A stretch of DNA of 64,000 nt from Patescibacteria group bacterium (GCA_025450075.1 JANWIC010000007.1:39289-103288); one strand, 5' to 3'. Shown: positions 1 through 9,790, counted from the first letter of the stretch. Numbers and translations are program-made. The notes: generated by a model from the sequence alone, not told the origin.

Positions 1-1
1 T

Positions 2-649
2 GAAAGAAAATTACATACTTTTTTCTCCCATTATCCCCAGCATCATTTCAAAAAAGGTGAGACGATTATCGCATCAAGTGATAAAATTACTCATGTATAT
101 CTTCTTGAAGAAGGTCTTGTCCAGCAACGTATCATTACCCAGGAAGGAGAAGAAGTATCCGTCCATCTCTTTAAACCGTTATCATATTTTCCTATGATGG
201 TTGTTATGAGTGAAGAAGAAAATGAATTTGATTTTGTAGCATTACAAAATCTTCTTTTATACAAAGCTCCAACGGAAGAAGTCTTAGCATTTTTGAATAA
301 TAATCATGATGTTTTATTTGATCTTGCTAAAAGATTTGCACAGGGAATTAATGGTTTAACAAGAAAGATTGTCACATTAAGCTATACCGATTCTCATGCG
401 AAAGTCGCTTCCTTCATCTATTATTTTGCAAGCAGGCTTGGCATTCTTGAAGACGGATATATCCGGTTTCCGATACATGTCACACATGCTGATATCGCTT
501 CGTGGATAGGAATTTCACGAGAAACTGTTAGCAGGCATTTTGTTATTTTAGAGCGAAAGGGATTCATTTCCTATGAAGATGAATTTATTCTTGTAAAAGA
601 TTTATCCAAGCTTGAGAAAGAAATTCATAAGCTTAAACGTTCTAAATAA
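2..649 (+). CDS. Crp/Fnr-family transcriptional regulator, 5'-partial (cNMP-binding domain runs off the window start; C-terminal HTH)
   Basis: The frame is open from nt 2. Upstream translation FKKGETIIASSDKITHVYLLEEGLVQQRIITQEGEEVSVHLF looks like a cNMP-binding beta-roll. The C-terminal HADIASWIGISRETVSRHFVILERKGFI looks like a Crp-type HTH. Confidence 0.7.
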   Translation, partial: ERKLHTFFSHYPQHHFKKGETIIASSDKITHVYLLEEGLVQQRIITQEGEEVSVHLFKPLSYFPMMVVMSEEENEFDFVALQNLLLYKAPTEEVLAFLNNNHDVLFDLAKRFAQGINGLTRKIVTLSYTDSHAKVASFIYYFASRLGILEDGYIRFPIHVTHADIASWIGISRETVSRHFVILERKGFISYEDEFILVKDLSKLEKEIHKLKRSK

Positions 650-1001
650 ATTCAAATTTTCCTGTTATTGTCTCGTTTGCTGGAATTATTCGTTTTCTGG
701 TTTTATTATCTCTTGGCATTCCAGTTGGAAGCAAATAGCTTTGCCATTTCCTATTCCCAACAGATAGTTCAAGATGAGGAAGATCAACAAGTTGAGGTTC
801 ATCATCAACATCATATATCCTGTATTTTCCATTCACAAGTATATGATCAACTTTATGCGAATTATGTGAAGCAATGAGTAATTCACCAATTTCTGCAGCC
901 CAAATCCAAGCATACGTTTTTGTTTTGTCTAAACTAAGAATTTTCATTTGTCCGTTTGACTCAATTAGTTGATAAATGCCTTGTTGAACGAGTTTAATCA
1001 T
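642..1001 (-). CDS. hypothetical protein (119 aa)
   Basis: Only an open frame; no recognisable motif; overlaps the regulator stop by 8 nt. Confidence 0.3.
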   Translation of the reverse strand: MIKLVQQGIYQLIESNGQMKILSLDKTKTYAWIWAAEIGELLIASHNSHKVDHILVNGKYRIYDVDDEPQLVDLPHLELSVGNRKWQSYLLPTGMPRDNKTRKRIIPANETITGKFEFI

Positions 1002-1050
1002 AATGAATACTCAAATATATACATGCAGTGTAAATGAAGAAAGGTTACAC

Positions 1051-1072
1051 AACAGTGATGCTTATCACTGTT
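1051..1072. promoter_or_regulatory. 22-bp perfect palindrome aacaGTGATgcttATCACtgtt (FNR/CRP-type TGAT-N4-ATCA core)
   Basis: The 9-bp arms 1051-1059 and 1064-1072 are exact reverse complements. It sits ~145 bp upstream of the cytochrome b-like ORF and next to a Crp/Fnr-family gene. Confidence 0.5.
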
Positions 1073-1214
1073 CATTTTACCAAATAATAATACAACTTTC
1101 GTAAATCGCACTTCTTCAAAAAGTCTGATGAGATTTTGTTGGTTTACCGACTATACCTTATTTCTGATTTATGTGAGTGACAACTATCACTGATGGATAG
1201 CTAGCATTCTATTA

Positions 1215-2657
1215 TTGTTAAGCTATACTTTTTTCAATTTTATGAATGAGCAAGAAAAACCTGAATCTTTTCTCATTATTTTAAGTAAAACTATGATAGA
1301 AAAAGTTCCCTCTTATGGGAACAAATTTTTTTATTCCTTAGGTTTTTTGTCAATGATCTCTTTTGTGATATTGATCATCACTGGATGTATCATGGCATTT
1401 GAAGGATCTACATGGTGGCTCACATCGACACTTGGGATATATACGAGAAGTGTGCACATGTGGGCAACGCAGGCATTTGTTATTTTTATGCTTTTGCATT
1501 TACTTATTGTTTTTCTAACATCAGGCTTTAAAAAACCCAGACAATTAACGTGGGTATTGGGAGGATTAATGTTTTTCTTTGTATTACTTGAAGCAGAGTT
1601 TGGATATGTATTACGAGGGGATTTCTCTGCGCAATGGAGAAGTTTACAGGGTGCTGATTTATATAATGGAAGCGGAATAGGTCAGTTTATTAATAATCTG
1701 AATAATATGCAGATTATTGGCATTCATGCTGTCCTCATTCCATTGATTATTATTAGCCTGTTATTCTTCCATTATCTTTTAGTCAAATCAAGAGGTATAG
1801 CTGCACCTTACATAAAAGATGTGCAATATACTGTCGTAAAGGCGGATCATACAATCCTTTTTATCCGCGGTGGTGTTCTTGCAGGAGTTATATTACTGCT
1901 TGCAATATTTTTTAAATCTCCATTTATCGCAGCAACCACCATTCAAGATGTTGCGACACAAGATCCTACTCTTCTAGCAAAAACACTCATTTCCGAGATG
2001 GATCAAAGTTCTGATACTGCTATATATCTGGATAATATAGATCCGTATACTTTTAACACGAAACAGGTATTTATTGAAGATCCATATATGCAATATATCA
2101 AGTTATATAATTCACCGAATATGCTATCAGCATTTGATAGTCAGGATTCTCGTGTGAAACTACTGGAACTGCAGGAAGCAAAGGACTACTTTGCTACGAA
2201 TACTGATTATACATCTCTTCCATATTCAGCGAATCCGGTAGTTCCAGTGGTTACCACACTGGTTCGAATGGCACAAACTGGGCTTTATGAAGCGAGCTTA
2301 AGACAATCTCTTGAAAATGGTTCAAATGGGACATATGTAACACGTTTCTTGGCAGATACTGGGGTATTGCAGGATAAGGCAACAAACCTTTACCTTACTA
2401 CAGACCAGTATGGCATGGTGAGAGATGAGTCAGGAGGAACTTTGCCTCCAGGAGCTTGGTGGTTAACTCCATTAGGTTTTCTGGATCACACGCTCCTTTC
2501 TACTGATCCTAATCAGGATAGAGATGGAGCAATCATTATTGGAACATTCATTCTTCTTTTATTGGCGTTTCCATATATTCCTTTCTTTAATAGACTTCCT
2601 GAACTATTTAGGATTGACCGCCTGATTTGGAAAGAGAAAAATGCGAAGTCTTCATGA
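1215..2657 (+). CDS. cytochrome b6-like membrane protein fused to a ~270-aa extracytoplasmic domain plus a C-terminal TM
   Basis: Two His pairs sit in TM helices (HMWATQAFVIFMLLH with 14 spacing; HAVLIPLIIISLLFFH with 15 spacing, as in b6). RQLTWVLGGLMFFFVLLEAEFGYVLRGDFSAQW matches the cyt b RELNW..G..L......AF.GY.LPW motif. The true start may be an internal Met. Confidence 0.55.
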   Translation: MLSYTFFNFMNEQEKPESFLIILSKTMIEKVPSYGNKFFYSLGFLSMISFVILIITGCIMAFEGSTWWLTSTLGIYTRSVHMWATQAFVIFMLLHLLIVFLTSGFKKPRQLTWVLGGLMFFFVLLEAEFGYVLRGDFSAQWRSLQGADLYNGSGIGQFINNLNNMQIIGIHAVLIPLIIISLLFFHYLLVKSRGIAAPYIKDVQYTVVKADHTILFIRGGVLAGVILLLAIFFKSPFIAATTIQDVATQDPTLLAKTLISEMDQSSDTAIYLDNIDPYTFNTKQVFIEDPYMQYIKLYNSPNMLSAFDSQDSRVKLLELQEAKDYFATNTDYTSLPYSANPVVPVVTTLVRMAQTGLYEASLRQSLENGSNGTYVTRFLADTGVLQDKATNLYLTTDQYGMVRDESGGTLPPGAWWLTPLGFLDHTLLSTDPNQDRDGAIIIGTFILLLLAFPYIPFFNRLPELFRIDRLIWKEKNAKSS

Positions 2658-2680
2658 TGAGTATCTGATATAATGGAAGT

Positions 2681-3553
2681 ATGAGTAATACGAGACTTCT
2701 TTCTGTCCATACTTCTGACGACTTGTATCTTAATGGGATACTCTCAGAACCTGATCATGGAAGTAGGACTATCATAATCCATACTCACGGCATGCAGGGA
2801 GATCTCTTCTCTCATATGCAGCTTTATGTGAGTAAATATCCAGAATATGGAGTTGCATTCTTATCAGGAGAGAATAGAGGTGCAAATATAATAAGGCGTT
2901 TTGATACAAGTACTGATGGGAAGATAATTGGCGGTGCATATGAGATTTTTGAAGAATGTGTATATGATATTGCTTCTTGGGTAGATGAGGCAGAAGAATT
3001 AGGATATGCAAATATCTGGATATCTTCACACAGTCTTTCTCCTGCTAAAATAGCATATTATCTCTATACAACAAAAGATCCAAGAGTAAAGGGAGTTATA
3101 TTCCTCAGTCCATCTGATAATGTGGGACTTGTAAAAGACCCGATTGGTGCAGCTGACCATGCTATCTGCTTTCCAGAAGCATTGCAACTTATTCAGCAAG
3201 GGAAACCACAGCAACTTCTTACACATCTTTTATGGGGAGATAAGATGCTTTCTGCTAGAACTTATTTAAACCTTTTTAGCGATGAATCTGCAGCAAATGT
3301 CTTCCACTATTATGATCCTTCCCGAAGTTGGGAAGTTGTAGAAAGTATCCGTGTTCCTGTCATAGCTTTCAGTGGATCAGAAGATGATGGGATTTTACCC
3401 GTCATTGATCCACAAAAGGGGTTAGAAATGCTAAAAAATCATCTCTTAAAATCTCCTCATGTTGCAACACATGTATTTGAAAATGCCACACATTCATTTG
3501 CCGGATTTGAAGAAGAAATCATCAATCTTTGTGTTTCCTTTATTAATTCCTAA
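2681..3553 (+). CDS. alpha/beta-hydrolase fold protein
   Basis: Nucleophile-elbow-like ISSHSLSP, with later Asp/His candidates (SGSEDDG, ATHSFAG). It lies 24 nt after the cyt b-like gene. Confidence 0.5.
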   Translation: MSNTRLLSVHTSDDLYLNGILSEPDHGSRTIIIHTHGMQGDLFSHMQLYVSKYPEYGVAFLSGENRGANIIRRFDTSTDGKIIGGAYEIFEECVYDIASWVDEAEELGYANIWISSHSLSPAKIAYYLYTTKDPRVKGVIFLSPSDNVGLVKDPIGAADHAICFPEALQLIQQGKPQQLLTHLLWGDKMLSARTYLNLFSDESAANVFHYYDPSRSWEVVESIRVPVIAFSGSEDDGILPVIDPQKGLEMLKNHLLKSPHVATHVFENATHSFAGFEEEIINLCVSFINS

Positions 3554-3715
3554 TTTGGCATATTTTGCAGATGAAGAATATTCCAAAAAGGAGTTTTCTG
3601 ATATTATTCTGGTATTCGAGGTAGATTTGTAAAATCAAAAGAAGTGATAGGGATAATTTCAGCAAAAAATATTAGCAGAAGATATACGAATTAAAGTTAA
3701 TGGAAGTTAGAGGAA

Positions 3716-4438
3716 TCAATGGGATACGGGGTTTTCTGCATCTTGCGTTGATTCAGGCTTTCTAATGAAATGTGCTAGATTATATTTAAAGTACATTCTA
3801 CCACATATACTCATGATTTCAGAAACTGGAATTTCTCCTAAACCTTCAATCGTTAATAACTGTCTACAAATTTCCCGTTTTTTTAGTCTAAGCTTTTTTC
3901 CAAAGATTGGGCCAGATAATGCGTATAAAATATCTGCTCTCGGTGTCCGTTCAAATAGAAGTGGATATTTAATTTCGCCAGATTTTTTGGCACTTGGCAA
4001 TTCTGCAGCTTCTTTGATTGTTTGCATTATCTCTCGTAATGAATCTTCACCTAACCGATGAAACATTGTTCTTCTACTTTCCCCTTTGGTATATGGTACC
4101 ACAGGAATTGCCCCAGCCTCATATAGAATGTCACAATACGCATTTTGTAATTCGTACACTTGGGGTGAAAAAAAACCTCTTCGTGTATGATCAATAATTC
4201 CTAATACAAAGATTCGAGGCTCTCCTCTTCCTTCCTCAAGGACATGCCATCCTTCCCATACAACAAATCCTAGTAATTCATGGTGCTTATCAGCAAGACT
4301 TATAAGCTTATCACCGATTTCATTTATACATGCAAATCCTTCACTTGTAAATGCAAACACTTCTTTTCCATTTTTATGTGGACTATGAGGTGGTAGCCGA
4401 TCCGAGTTAGGGGTTGTTAAATCTTCCTGTGCGCTCAT
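3716..4438 (-). CDS. hypothetical protein (240 aa)
   Basis: Long ORF with coding-like composition; divergent from tyrS; no family recognised. Confidence 0.45.
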   Translation of the reverse strand: MSAQEDLTTPNSDRLPPHSPHKNGKEVFAFTSEGFACINEIGDKLISLADKHHELLGFVVWEGWHVLEEGRGEPRIFVLGIIDHTRRGFFSPQVYELQNAYCDILYEAGAIPVVPYTKGESRRTMFHRLGEDSLREIMQTIKEAAELPSAKKSGEIKYPLLFERTPRADILYALSGPIFGKKLRLKKREICRQLLTIEGLGEIPVSEIMSICGRMYFKYNLAHFIRKPESTQDAENPVSH

Positions 4439-4627
4439 ATCGCTTGGGTTATGGAGGAAGTATACATCGAGTATTTCAAGAGCGCAAATTATGCGACTTC
4501 ATTATTAATATTAAGATATCTAACAAGACACAAAAAAAGGAATATCGGTTTGGTATAAAAGAATAACTGAACAAATGATAGTAAAATAAAATGGTTATTA
4601 TAACAAAAAGTTTCATGAAGATTCAGA

Positions 4628-4656
4628 TTGAAGAATACTCTTAATTCCTGTACAAT
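4628..4656 (+). promoter_or_regulatory. sigma70-like promoter (TTGAAG -17- TACAAT) for tyrS
   Basis: -35 at 4628-4633, 17-nt spacer, -10 at 4651-4656, ~24 nt before the ATG. Confidence 0.4.
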
Positions 4657-4679
4657 AAGCCTCGTATTATATATATATT

Positions 4680-5798
4680 ATGGACACCACCTCATTGGAA
4701 AAACATGTTGAAGAGATTATCGGATTAGATGAGCTCAAAACATATCTGGCTGCCCATAAAACACTCCAACACTATATTGGCTTTGAAATATCAGGACTTG
4801 TCCACCTTGGTACAGGATTAATGACAGGAATAGTAGTTCGAGAACTTCAGAAGCTTGGAGTCAATACCTCATACTTCCTTGCAGATTGGCATACATGGAT
4901 TAATAACAAGCTAGGTGGAGATATGGATTTCATAAATAAAGTGTCACATGAATACTTCGGTCCTGCATTAAAAATTTCTGCAAAAATTGCAGGTGCAAAT
5001 GAATCAAAAATTGAACTGAAGTACGGAAGTGAACTTTATCATAATAACGATGATTACTGGAAAAGTATCATTGATATAAGCAAGAATTTAACATTATCGC
5101 GGGTTCTCAAATCAACTATGATTATGGGAAGAAAGGAAAGTGATTCAATGCAATTTAGCTTTCTCATTTATCCCCCTATGCAGGTAGCAGATATTTACGA
5201 AATGCAAGTAAATATAGCTCATGCAGGTATGGACCAAAGAAAAGTCCATGTTATAGCTCGAGAAGTTGCAGAGAAACTGGAGATCTCACCTCTAAAAGAT
5301 GATGGAGGGAAGAATATAAAGCCGGTTGCTGTGCATCATCGCCTCCTATTAGGACTTCAAAAACCATCAACTTGGCCGATTCCTGAAGGAGTAGAGAAAG
5401 ATTTTATCCGCACTGAAATGAAGATGAGCAAATCAATACCTGGTTCAGCTATATTTATTCATGATACTGAAGAAGAAATTAGAAGCAAAATCAAGAAAGC
5501 ATTTTGTCCTGAAAAAGAAACAGAAGTTAATCCTGTCCTCAATTGGGCCAAAAATATCATCTTCCCCATTGTTGGTGAATTGAGAGTAAATCGTGAAGAA
5601 AAGTATGGTGAAAGCTTTACGGCGAAATCATACGAAGAGCTGGAGGAGAGATATGCATCAGGAGAACTTTTTTCACTAGATTTGAAAAATGCTGTTGCAG
5701 ATATACTTGTGGATATGCTTACTCCTGCAAGAGAATACTTTTCCCAAGACAACCTTCCGGAACTTATTCAACAAATTAGAGATAGTCAGACAAGATAA
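4680..5798 (+). CDS. tyrS: tyrosyl-tRNA synthetase, archaeal/eukaryal-type (class Ic)
   Basis: GFEISGLVHLGTG (HIGH-region variant, cf. archaeal GFEPSGKIHLGH). YPPMQVADI...GMDQRKVHVIAREV, KMSKS, EIRSKIKKAFCP, SYEELEERY and LDLKNAVAD align along the whole length with archaeal TyrRS. It is not the bacterial TyrS/TyrZ type. Confidence 0.8.
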   Translation: MDTTSLEKHVEEIIGLDELKTYLAAHKTLQHYIGFEISGLVHLGTGLMTGIVVRELQKLGVNTSYFLADWHTWINNKLGGDMDFINKVSHEYFGPALKISAKIAGANESKIELKYGSELYHNNDDYWKSIIDISKNLTLSRVLKSTMIMGRKESDSMQFSFLIYPPMQVADIYEMQVNIAHAGMDQRKVHVIAREVAEKLEISPLKDDGGKNIKPVAVHHRLLLGLQKPSTWPIPEGVEKDFIRTEMKMSKSIPGSAIFIHDTEEEIRSKIKKAFCPEKETEVNPVLNWAKNIIFPIVGELRVNREEKYGESFTAKSYEELEERYASGELFSLDLKNAVADILVDMLTPAREYFSQDNLPELIQQIRDSQTR

Positions 5799-5812
5799 GT
5801 GCCTTACACTAA

Positions 5813-6892
5813 TTGAGGTCAGCCATAAAGTATGATAGAATCTTGATACTTTTTTGTATTAATGTGGAACATGACCGATTATCTTTTGCTTATTCCGAAA
5901 CATTTCCTGAAAGTTTGCTGCCTCTTTTTGAAACTAATGAATGTGAACTTGCAGAAGAACTGCTTTGTGAACTTCATGCATGGGGCGTTTATACTAGAAC
6001 TAAACTTAATAAAAGATATCTAAAATCAGGCATTATCAGTCCTAATAGGGACATAGCTAGGCAAGCAATTGAAAGAGGAAATGAAATATTTTCAGTATTA
6101 AATAAAACTCCTCTTTTAGTAGATACTAATCCAGAACAAGAACTTGCCATTCGGGTAACCGCCTTTGAAAAGATTCTTTGGCTGTTAGTTCCTGATGAGA
6201 TAAGAAAGATTCTGGAAAAAACAAGTGAAAGAATTGCAAAGGTAATACCGATGGGATTTGGAATTGCTTTGATTGGTGGAACGGGGTTTGGAGCGGTATA
6301 TGAAAGGATGCTGATGGGGCTGAATATAAAGAATGGAGATGTTGATATTAAGCATTTCGAAGATGATATTCTCCCGCCTCGTTTACAAATGATGATAAAT
6401 AATATTATTCAAGATGAATTAAGAAGTAATTCTCTTGGTATGCGCTTATGTTCACACTTTAATGGAAATAATAGGGGAGAGAATAATCTTACACATGAAG
6501 TAGATCCTATTAATCAATTGGAATATGATGTCTTTTTTAATTTGTCTTTTCCACAAGATATTAATCAAAGAAATAGAGAAGCAATTTTTAAAAGGCTTAG
6601 TTATTTTGCAAGAACCGATAGGGAACGTTGGATTAGGCTAATAGAAACGATAATGATTAGAATAACAAAAAATCCTATTGAATCAAAATATATTTCTCCA
6701 TGGTTAGCTATTCCTCTTCAACATGACCCAGTTGTCCATATTTCAAGGTTACGTATTTATCAACTTAATTTTGATATTTCAGAACAAGAGCTATTACGTG
6801 TCGCGCACATTGCAAAACTTGGGAAGAAACTTTATCAACTCCTCATACTTCGAATGCTACTTGCGACTGGAGTCCAGGAAGAAATTGCTTAA
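5813..6892 (+). CDS. hypothetical protein (359 aa; start uncertain)
   Basis: Long ORF; no recognisable motif. Confidence 0.4.
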   Translation: MRSAIKYDRILILFCINVEHDRLSFAYSETFPESLLPLFETNECELAEELLCELHAWGVYTRTKLNKRYLKSGIISPNRDIARQAIERGNEIFSVLNKTPLLVDTNPEQELAIRVTAFEKILWLLVPDEIRKILEKTSERIAKVIPMGFGIALIGGTGFGAVYERMLMGLNIKNGDVDIKHFEDDILPPRLQMMINNIIQDELRSNSLGMRLCSHFNGNNRGENNLTHEVDPINQLEYDVFFNLSFPQDINQRNREAIFKRLSYFARTDRERWIRLIETIMIRITKNPIESKYISPWLAIPLQHDPVVHISRLRIYQLNFDISEQELLRVAHIAKLGKKLYQLLILRMLLATGVQEEIA

Positions 6893-7242
6893 AGGCTGCT
6901 TTGATCTTGGATATATTGCATAATTTGCTTTGGTGTCATGTTGTAGTTCAGATGATTCATGATCCAGATTGATGCGACAATGACAACTACTACTGCTCCG
7001 AATGTAGATATAAAGAAGACAACATTCCACCGGGGAGCTGGCTCTTGTCCTAAATGGAGAAAGAATACAAGTTGCACAAATAATTGGATAAGTGCAATTA
7101 TTAAAATAATTGGTAGAAGAATTTCATGAGGGATTTGTTCATGATATGAATTAACATGAATCAAGACAAGGATATATGCGAGAAATGTTAAAATCAAAGA
7201 GAGTATAAAACCTGCAATGTATGTTTTAAGTGTTTTTGTCAT
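6889..7242 (-). CDS. cyoD: quinol oxidase subunit IV (CyoD/QoxD-like)
   Basis: ~117-aa, 3-TM protein. Its ATG overlaps the cyoC stop (ATGA). It is last in the oxidase operon. Confidence 0.6.
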   Translation of the reverse strand: MTKTLKTYIAGFILSLILTFLAYILVLIHVNSYHEQIPHEILLPIILIIALIQLFVQLVFFLHLGQEPAPRWNVVFFISTFGAVVVVIVASIWIMNHLNYNMTPKQIMQYIQDQSSL

Positions 7243-7808
7243 AGCGCGACTCCCATAAGATAGACAATTGTAAAGATAAAAATCCAAACAATATCAAGAA
7301 AATGCCAGAATAAACTCATCAAGGTAATTTTTCGTATTCCTCCTTGTGTCAATCCCTTTTTCAAGATGAAAATGATTAAAATAAGCATCCATAATAGTCC
7401 TGCTGTAATATGCAGCCCATGTGTTCCGACTAAGGCAAAATATGATGACAAGAAAGCGCTTTTTTGATATGTATGTCCTTCTGAAAATAAATGAGAAAAT
7501 TCATACAATTCCATTCCTAAAAACCCAGCTCCAAGAAGAAAAGTTGTACATAACATCGCTATTACTCCTTTTAATTTCTTCTCATGAGCAAGAAGCAATG
7601 CTACTCCGCAGGTAAAACTACTTGTCAAAAGGAAAAGTGTTTCTACAAGGACAAATGGCATATTAAAAATTTGCGAACCTCCAACTCCTCCAAAAGTATT
7701 ATTCCGTAATACAATAAATGCAGCAAAAAGTCCTGCAAACATTAACAAGTCTGTCATTAAGTATATCCAGAAACCTAAAAATGTTTTTTCGTTTTTTTCT
7801 TCATGCAT
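7239..7808 (-). CDS. cyoC: heme-copper quinol oxidase subunit III
   Basis: 189-aa polytopic protein directly downstream of subunit I, with a subunit-III-like hydrophobic profile. Confidence 0.65.
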   Translation of the reverse strand: MHEEKNEKTFLGFWIYLMTDLLMFAGLFAAFIVLRNNTFGGVGGSQIFNMPFVLVETLFLLTSSFTCGVALLLAHEKKLKGVIAMLCTTFLLGAGFLGMELYEFSHLFSEGHTYQKSAFLSSYFALVGTHGLHITAGLLWMLILIIFILKKGLTQGGIRKITLMSLFWHFLDIVWIFIFTIVYLMGVAL

Positions 7809-9789
7809 ATATGTGGTCCTTTCTTTCCTGTTCTAATTTTGCAATTTCTTGAGCAGTTAATATATATTCAGTTTCTTCATCAAAAGCCCTGATGATGAGG
7901 CATACCATCATTCCCACAAATCCTATACCTGCGATCAGAAACATATGCCATACCATTGCAAATCCAAATAATAGAGCAAATCCTGCAAGATAGATCCCAA
8001 ACGGTGTATTTTTTGGTAATTCAAAATCTTTGTATTCCACATTTGCAGGCTGCGGATTTTCTTTCATTTCTTTTTTCATCTCCCAGAAAGCATCTCTGCC
8101 ATGAACTTCAGGAATTACTGCATAGTTATAAAAGGGAGGAGGGGAAGATGTTGCCCATTCAAGGTTTCTGGCATCCCATGGGTCACCTGACAAGTCCATA
8201 TTTTGTTTTCTATTTTTTATACTAATGATGATTTGTAGGATTTGGGTAGTTACTCCTGCAAGTATTACCATAAATCCAAGAACCGATATGATAAACAATG
8301 GTTGCCAGGCTGGATTTGTATAATGGTCAAGCCGTCTCGTTGCACCCATATATCCGAGAATATATAACGGGATAAAGGCAAGGAAAAAACCGGTAAGCCA
8401 GAACCAGAAAGCAGTCTTCCCTAATTTTTCATTCAGTTTAAATCCCATAAACTTTGGGAACCAGTATGTAATCCCTGCGAACAATCCGAATAATGCACCT
8501 CCAACAATCATGGTATGGAAATGTGCGACAAGAAATAGTGAGTTATGTAATTGATAATCTGCAGTAGGAGATGCTAGCAAGACTCCTGCAATACCTCCGA
8601 ATGTAAAAGTTGCTACAAACCCTAAGAACCAGTAGAGCGAAGATGACAACACAATCCTTCCCCGATACATCGTTGATAACCAATTAAAGATCTGGACTCC
8701 GGTAGGGATAGCGATAATCATAGTTGAAATACCAAAGATTGCATTCACATCTGCTCCTGCTCCCATGGTAAAGAAATGATGAAGCCATACCATTAATGAA
8801 AGAATAGTTACAAAAATTGCTGCAAGAACTTGTGAGGTATATCCGGCAAGTTTTTTGTGACTAAATGTTGATACGACTTCAGAAAATATACCAAAAGAGG
8901 GGAGTACTAAAATATATACTTCCGGATGTCCCCACATCCAAATGAGGTTAATATACATCATCGGATTTCCGCCATTTGTGGTAGTAAAAAAATGCATTCC
9001 TAAATATCGATCAAGAGTTAACATGGCAATGGTTATTGCAAGAATTGGAAAAACAGTTACAACAAGAATACTGCTGCATAGAGTTGTCCATACAAAAAGT
9101 GGCATTCGCATCAAGGTCATGCCAGGTGCGCGCATCTTTAATATGGTTACAAGAAAGTTTAATCCAGCAAGCAAGCTTCCAAGTCCTGATACTTGTAAAC
9201 TCCATATCCAGTAATCAACTCCTACTCCAGGGCTAAATTGCAATTCTGATAATGGCGCTTGAGCAAGCCAACCGGTTGCAGCAAAATCTCCTCCAAATAC
9301 AAAGAACATATTAATGAGGATGGCACCTGCGACATAGAGCCAGAAACCAAGCGTGTTTAGAAAAGGAAATGCCAAATCACGTGCACCGATTTGTAACGGA
9401 ACAACAAGATTCATTAGTCCAACTAATAATCCCATGGTTGCAAAAAATACCATAATATCCCCATGAGCAGTAAATATTTGCTGGAAATGATCTGCACTTA
9501 AGTAACCTGTTGACGATCCCACGGAAAGTGCCTGTTGCATCCAAATCATGATTGCATCTAAAGCTCCTCGAAAAAGCATAAGAAGCGCAACAATGATATA
9601 CATAATTCCGATTCTCTTTGGGTCAGTTGAAGTAAGCCATTCATTCCATAGCCATTTCCACCGCTTTGTATACGTTAATACTGCAGCAGCTACAGCTCCC
9701 ATCAGCATGAGGGTAAGTGTTCCCCCGATGGTATACCATACATGTGGTAGAGAGTTCCAGGTTAATTTACCGAATAGTAAGTTCCACAT
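7801..9789 (-). CDS. cyoB: heme-copper oxidase subunit I
   Basis: WGHPEVYILVLP motif, His ligands (HHFFTMG, HFHT...) and 662 aa with 12+ TM helices. Confidence 0.9.
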   Translation of the reverse strand: MWNLLFGKLTWNSLPHVWYTIGGTLTLMLMGAVAAAVLTYTKRWKWLWNEWLTSTDPKRIGIMYIIVALLMLFRGALDAIMIWMQQALSVGSSTGYLSADHFQQIFTAHGDIMVFFATMGLLVGLMNLVVPLQIGARDLAFPFLNTLGFWLYVAGAILINMFFVFGGDFAATGWLAQAPLSELQFSPGVGVDYWIWSLQVSGLGSLLAGLNFLVTILKMRAPGMTLMRMPLFVWTTLCSSILVVTVFPILAITIAMLTLDRYLGMHFFTTTNGGNPMMYINLIWMWGHPEVYILVLPSFGIFSEVVSTFSHKKLAGYTSQVLAAIFVTILSLMVWLHHFFTMGAGADVNAIFGISTMIIAIPTGVQIFNWLSTMYRGRIVLSSSLYWFLGFVATFTFGGIAGVLLASPTADYQLHNSLFLVAHFHTMIVGGALFGLFAGITYWFPKFMGFKLNEKLGKTAFWFWLTGFFLAFIPLYILGYMGATRRLDHYTNPAWQPLFIISVLGFMVILAGVTTQILQIIISIKNRKQNMDLSGDPWDARNLEWATSSPPPFYNYAVIPEVHGRDAFWEMKKEMKENPQPANVEYKDFELPKNTPFGIYLAGFALLFGFAMVWHMFLIAGIGFVGMMVCLIIRAFDEETEYILTAQEIAKLEQERKDHIYA

Positions 9790-9790
9790 A

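Noticed and set aside
668-877. 69-aa plus-strand ORF
   Set aside because: It is fully nested opposite the longer minus-strand ORF 642-1001. Neither has homology, and only the longer one is kept, at low confidence.
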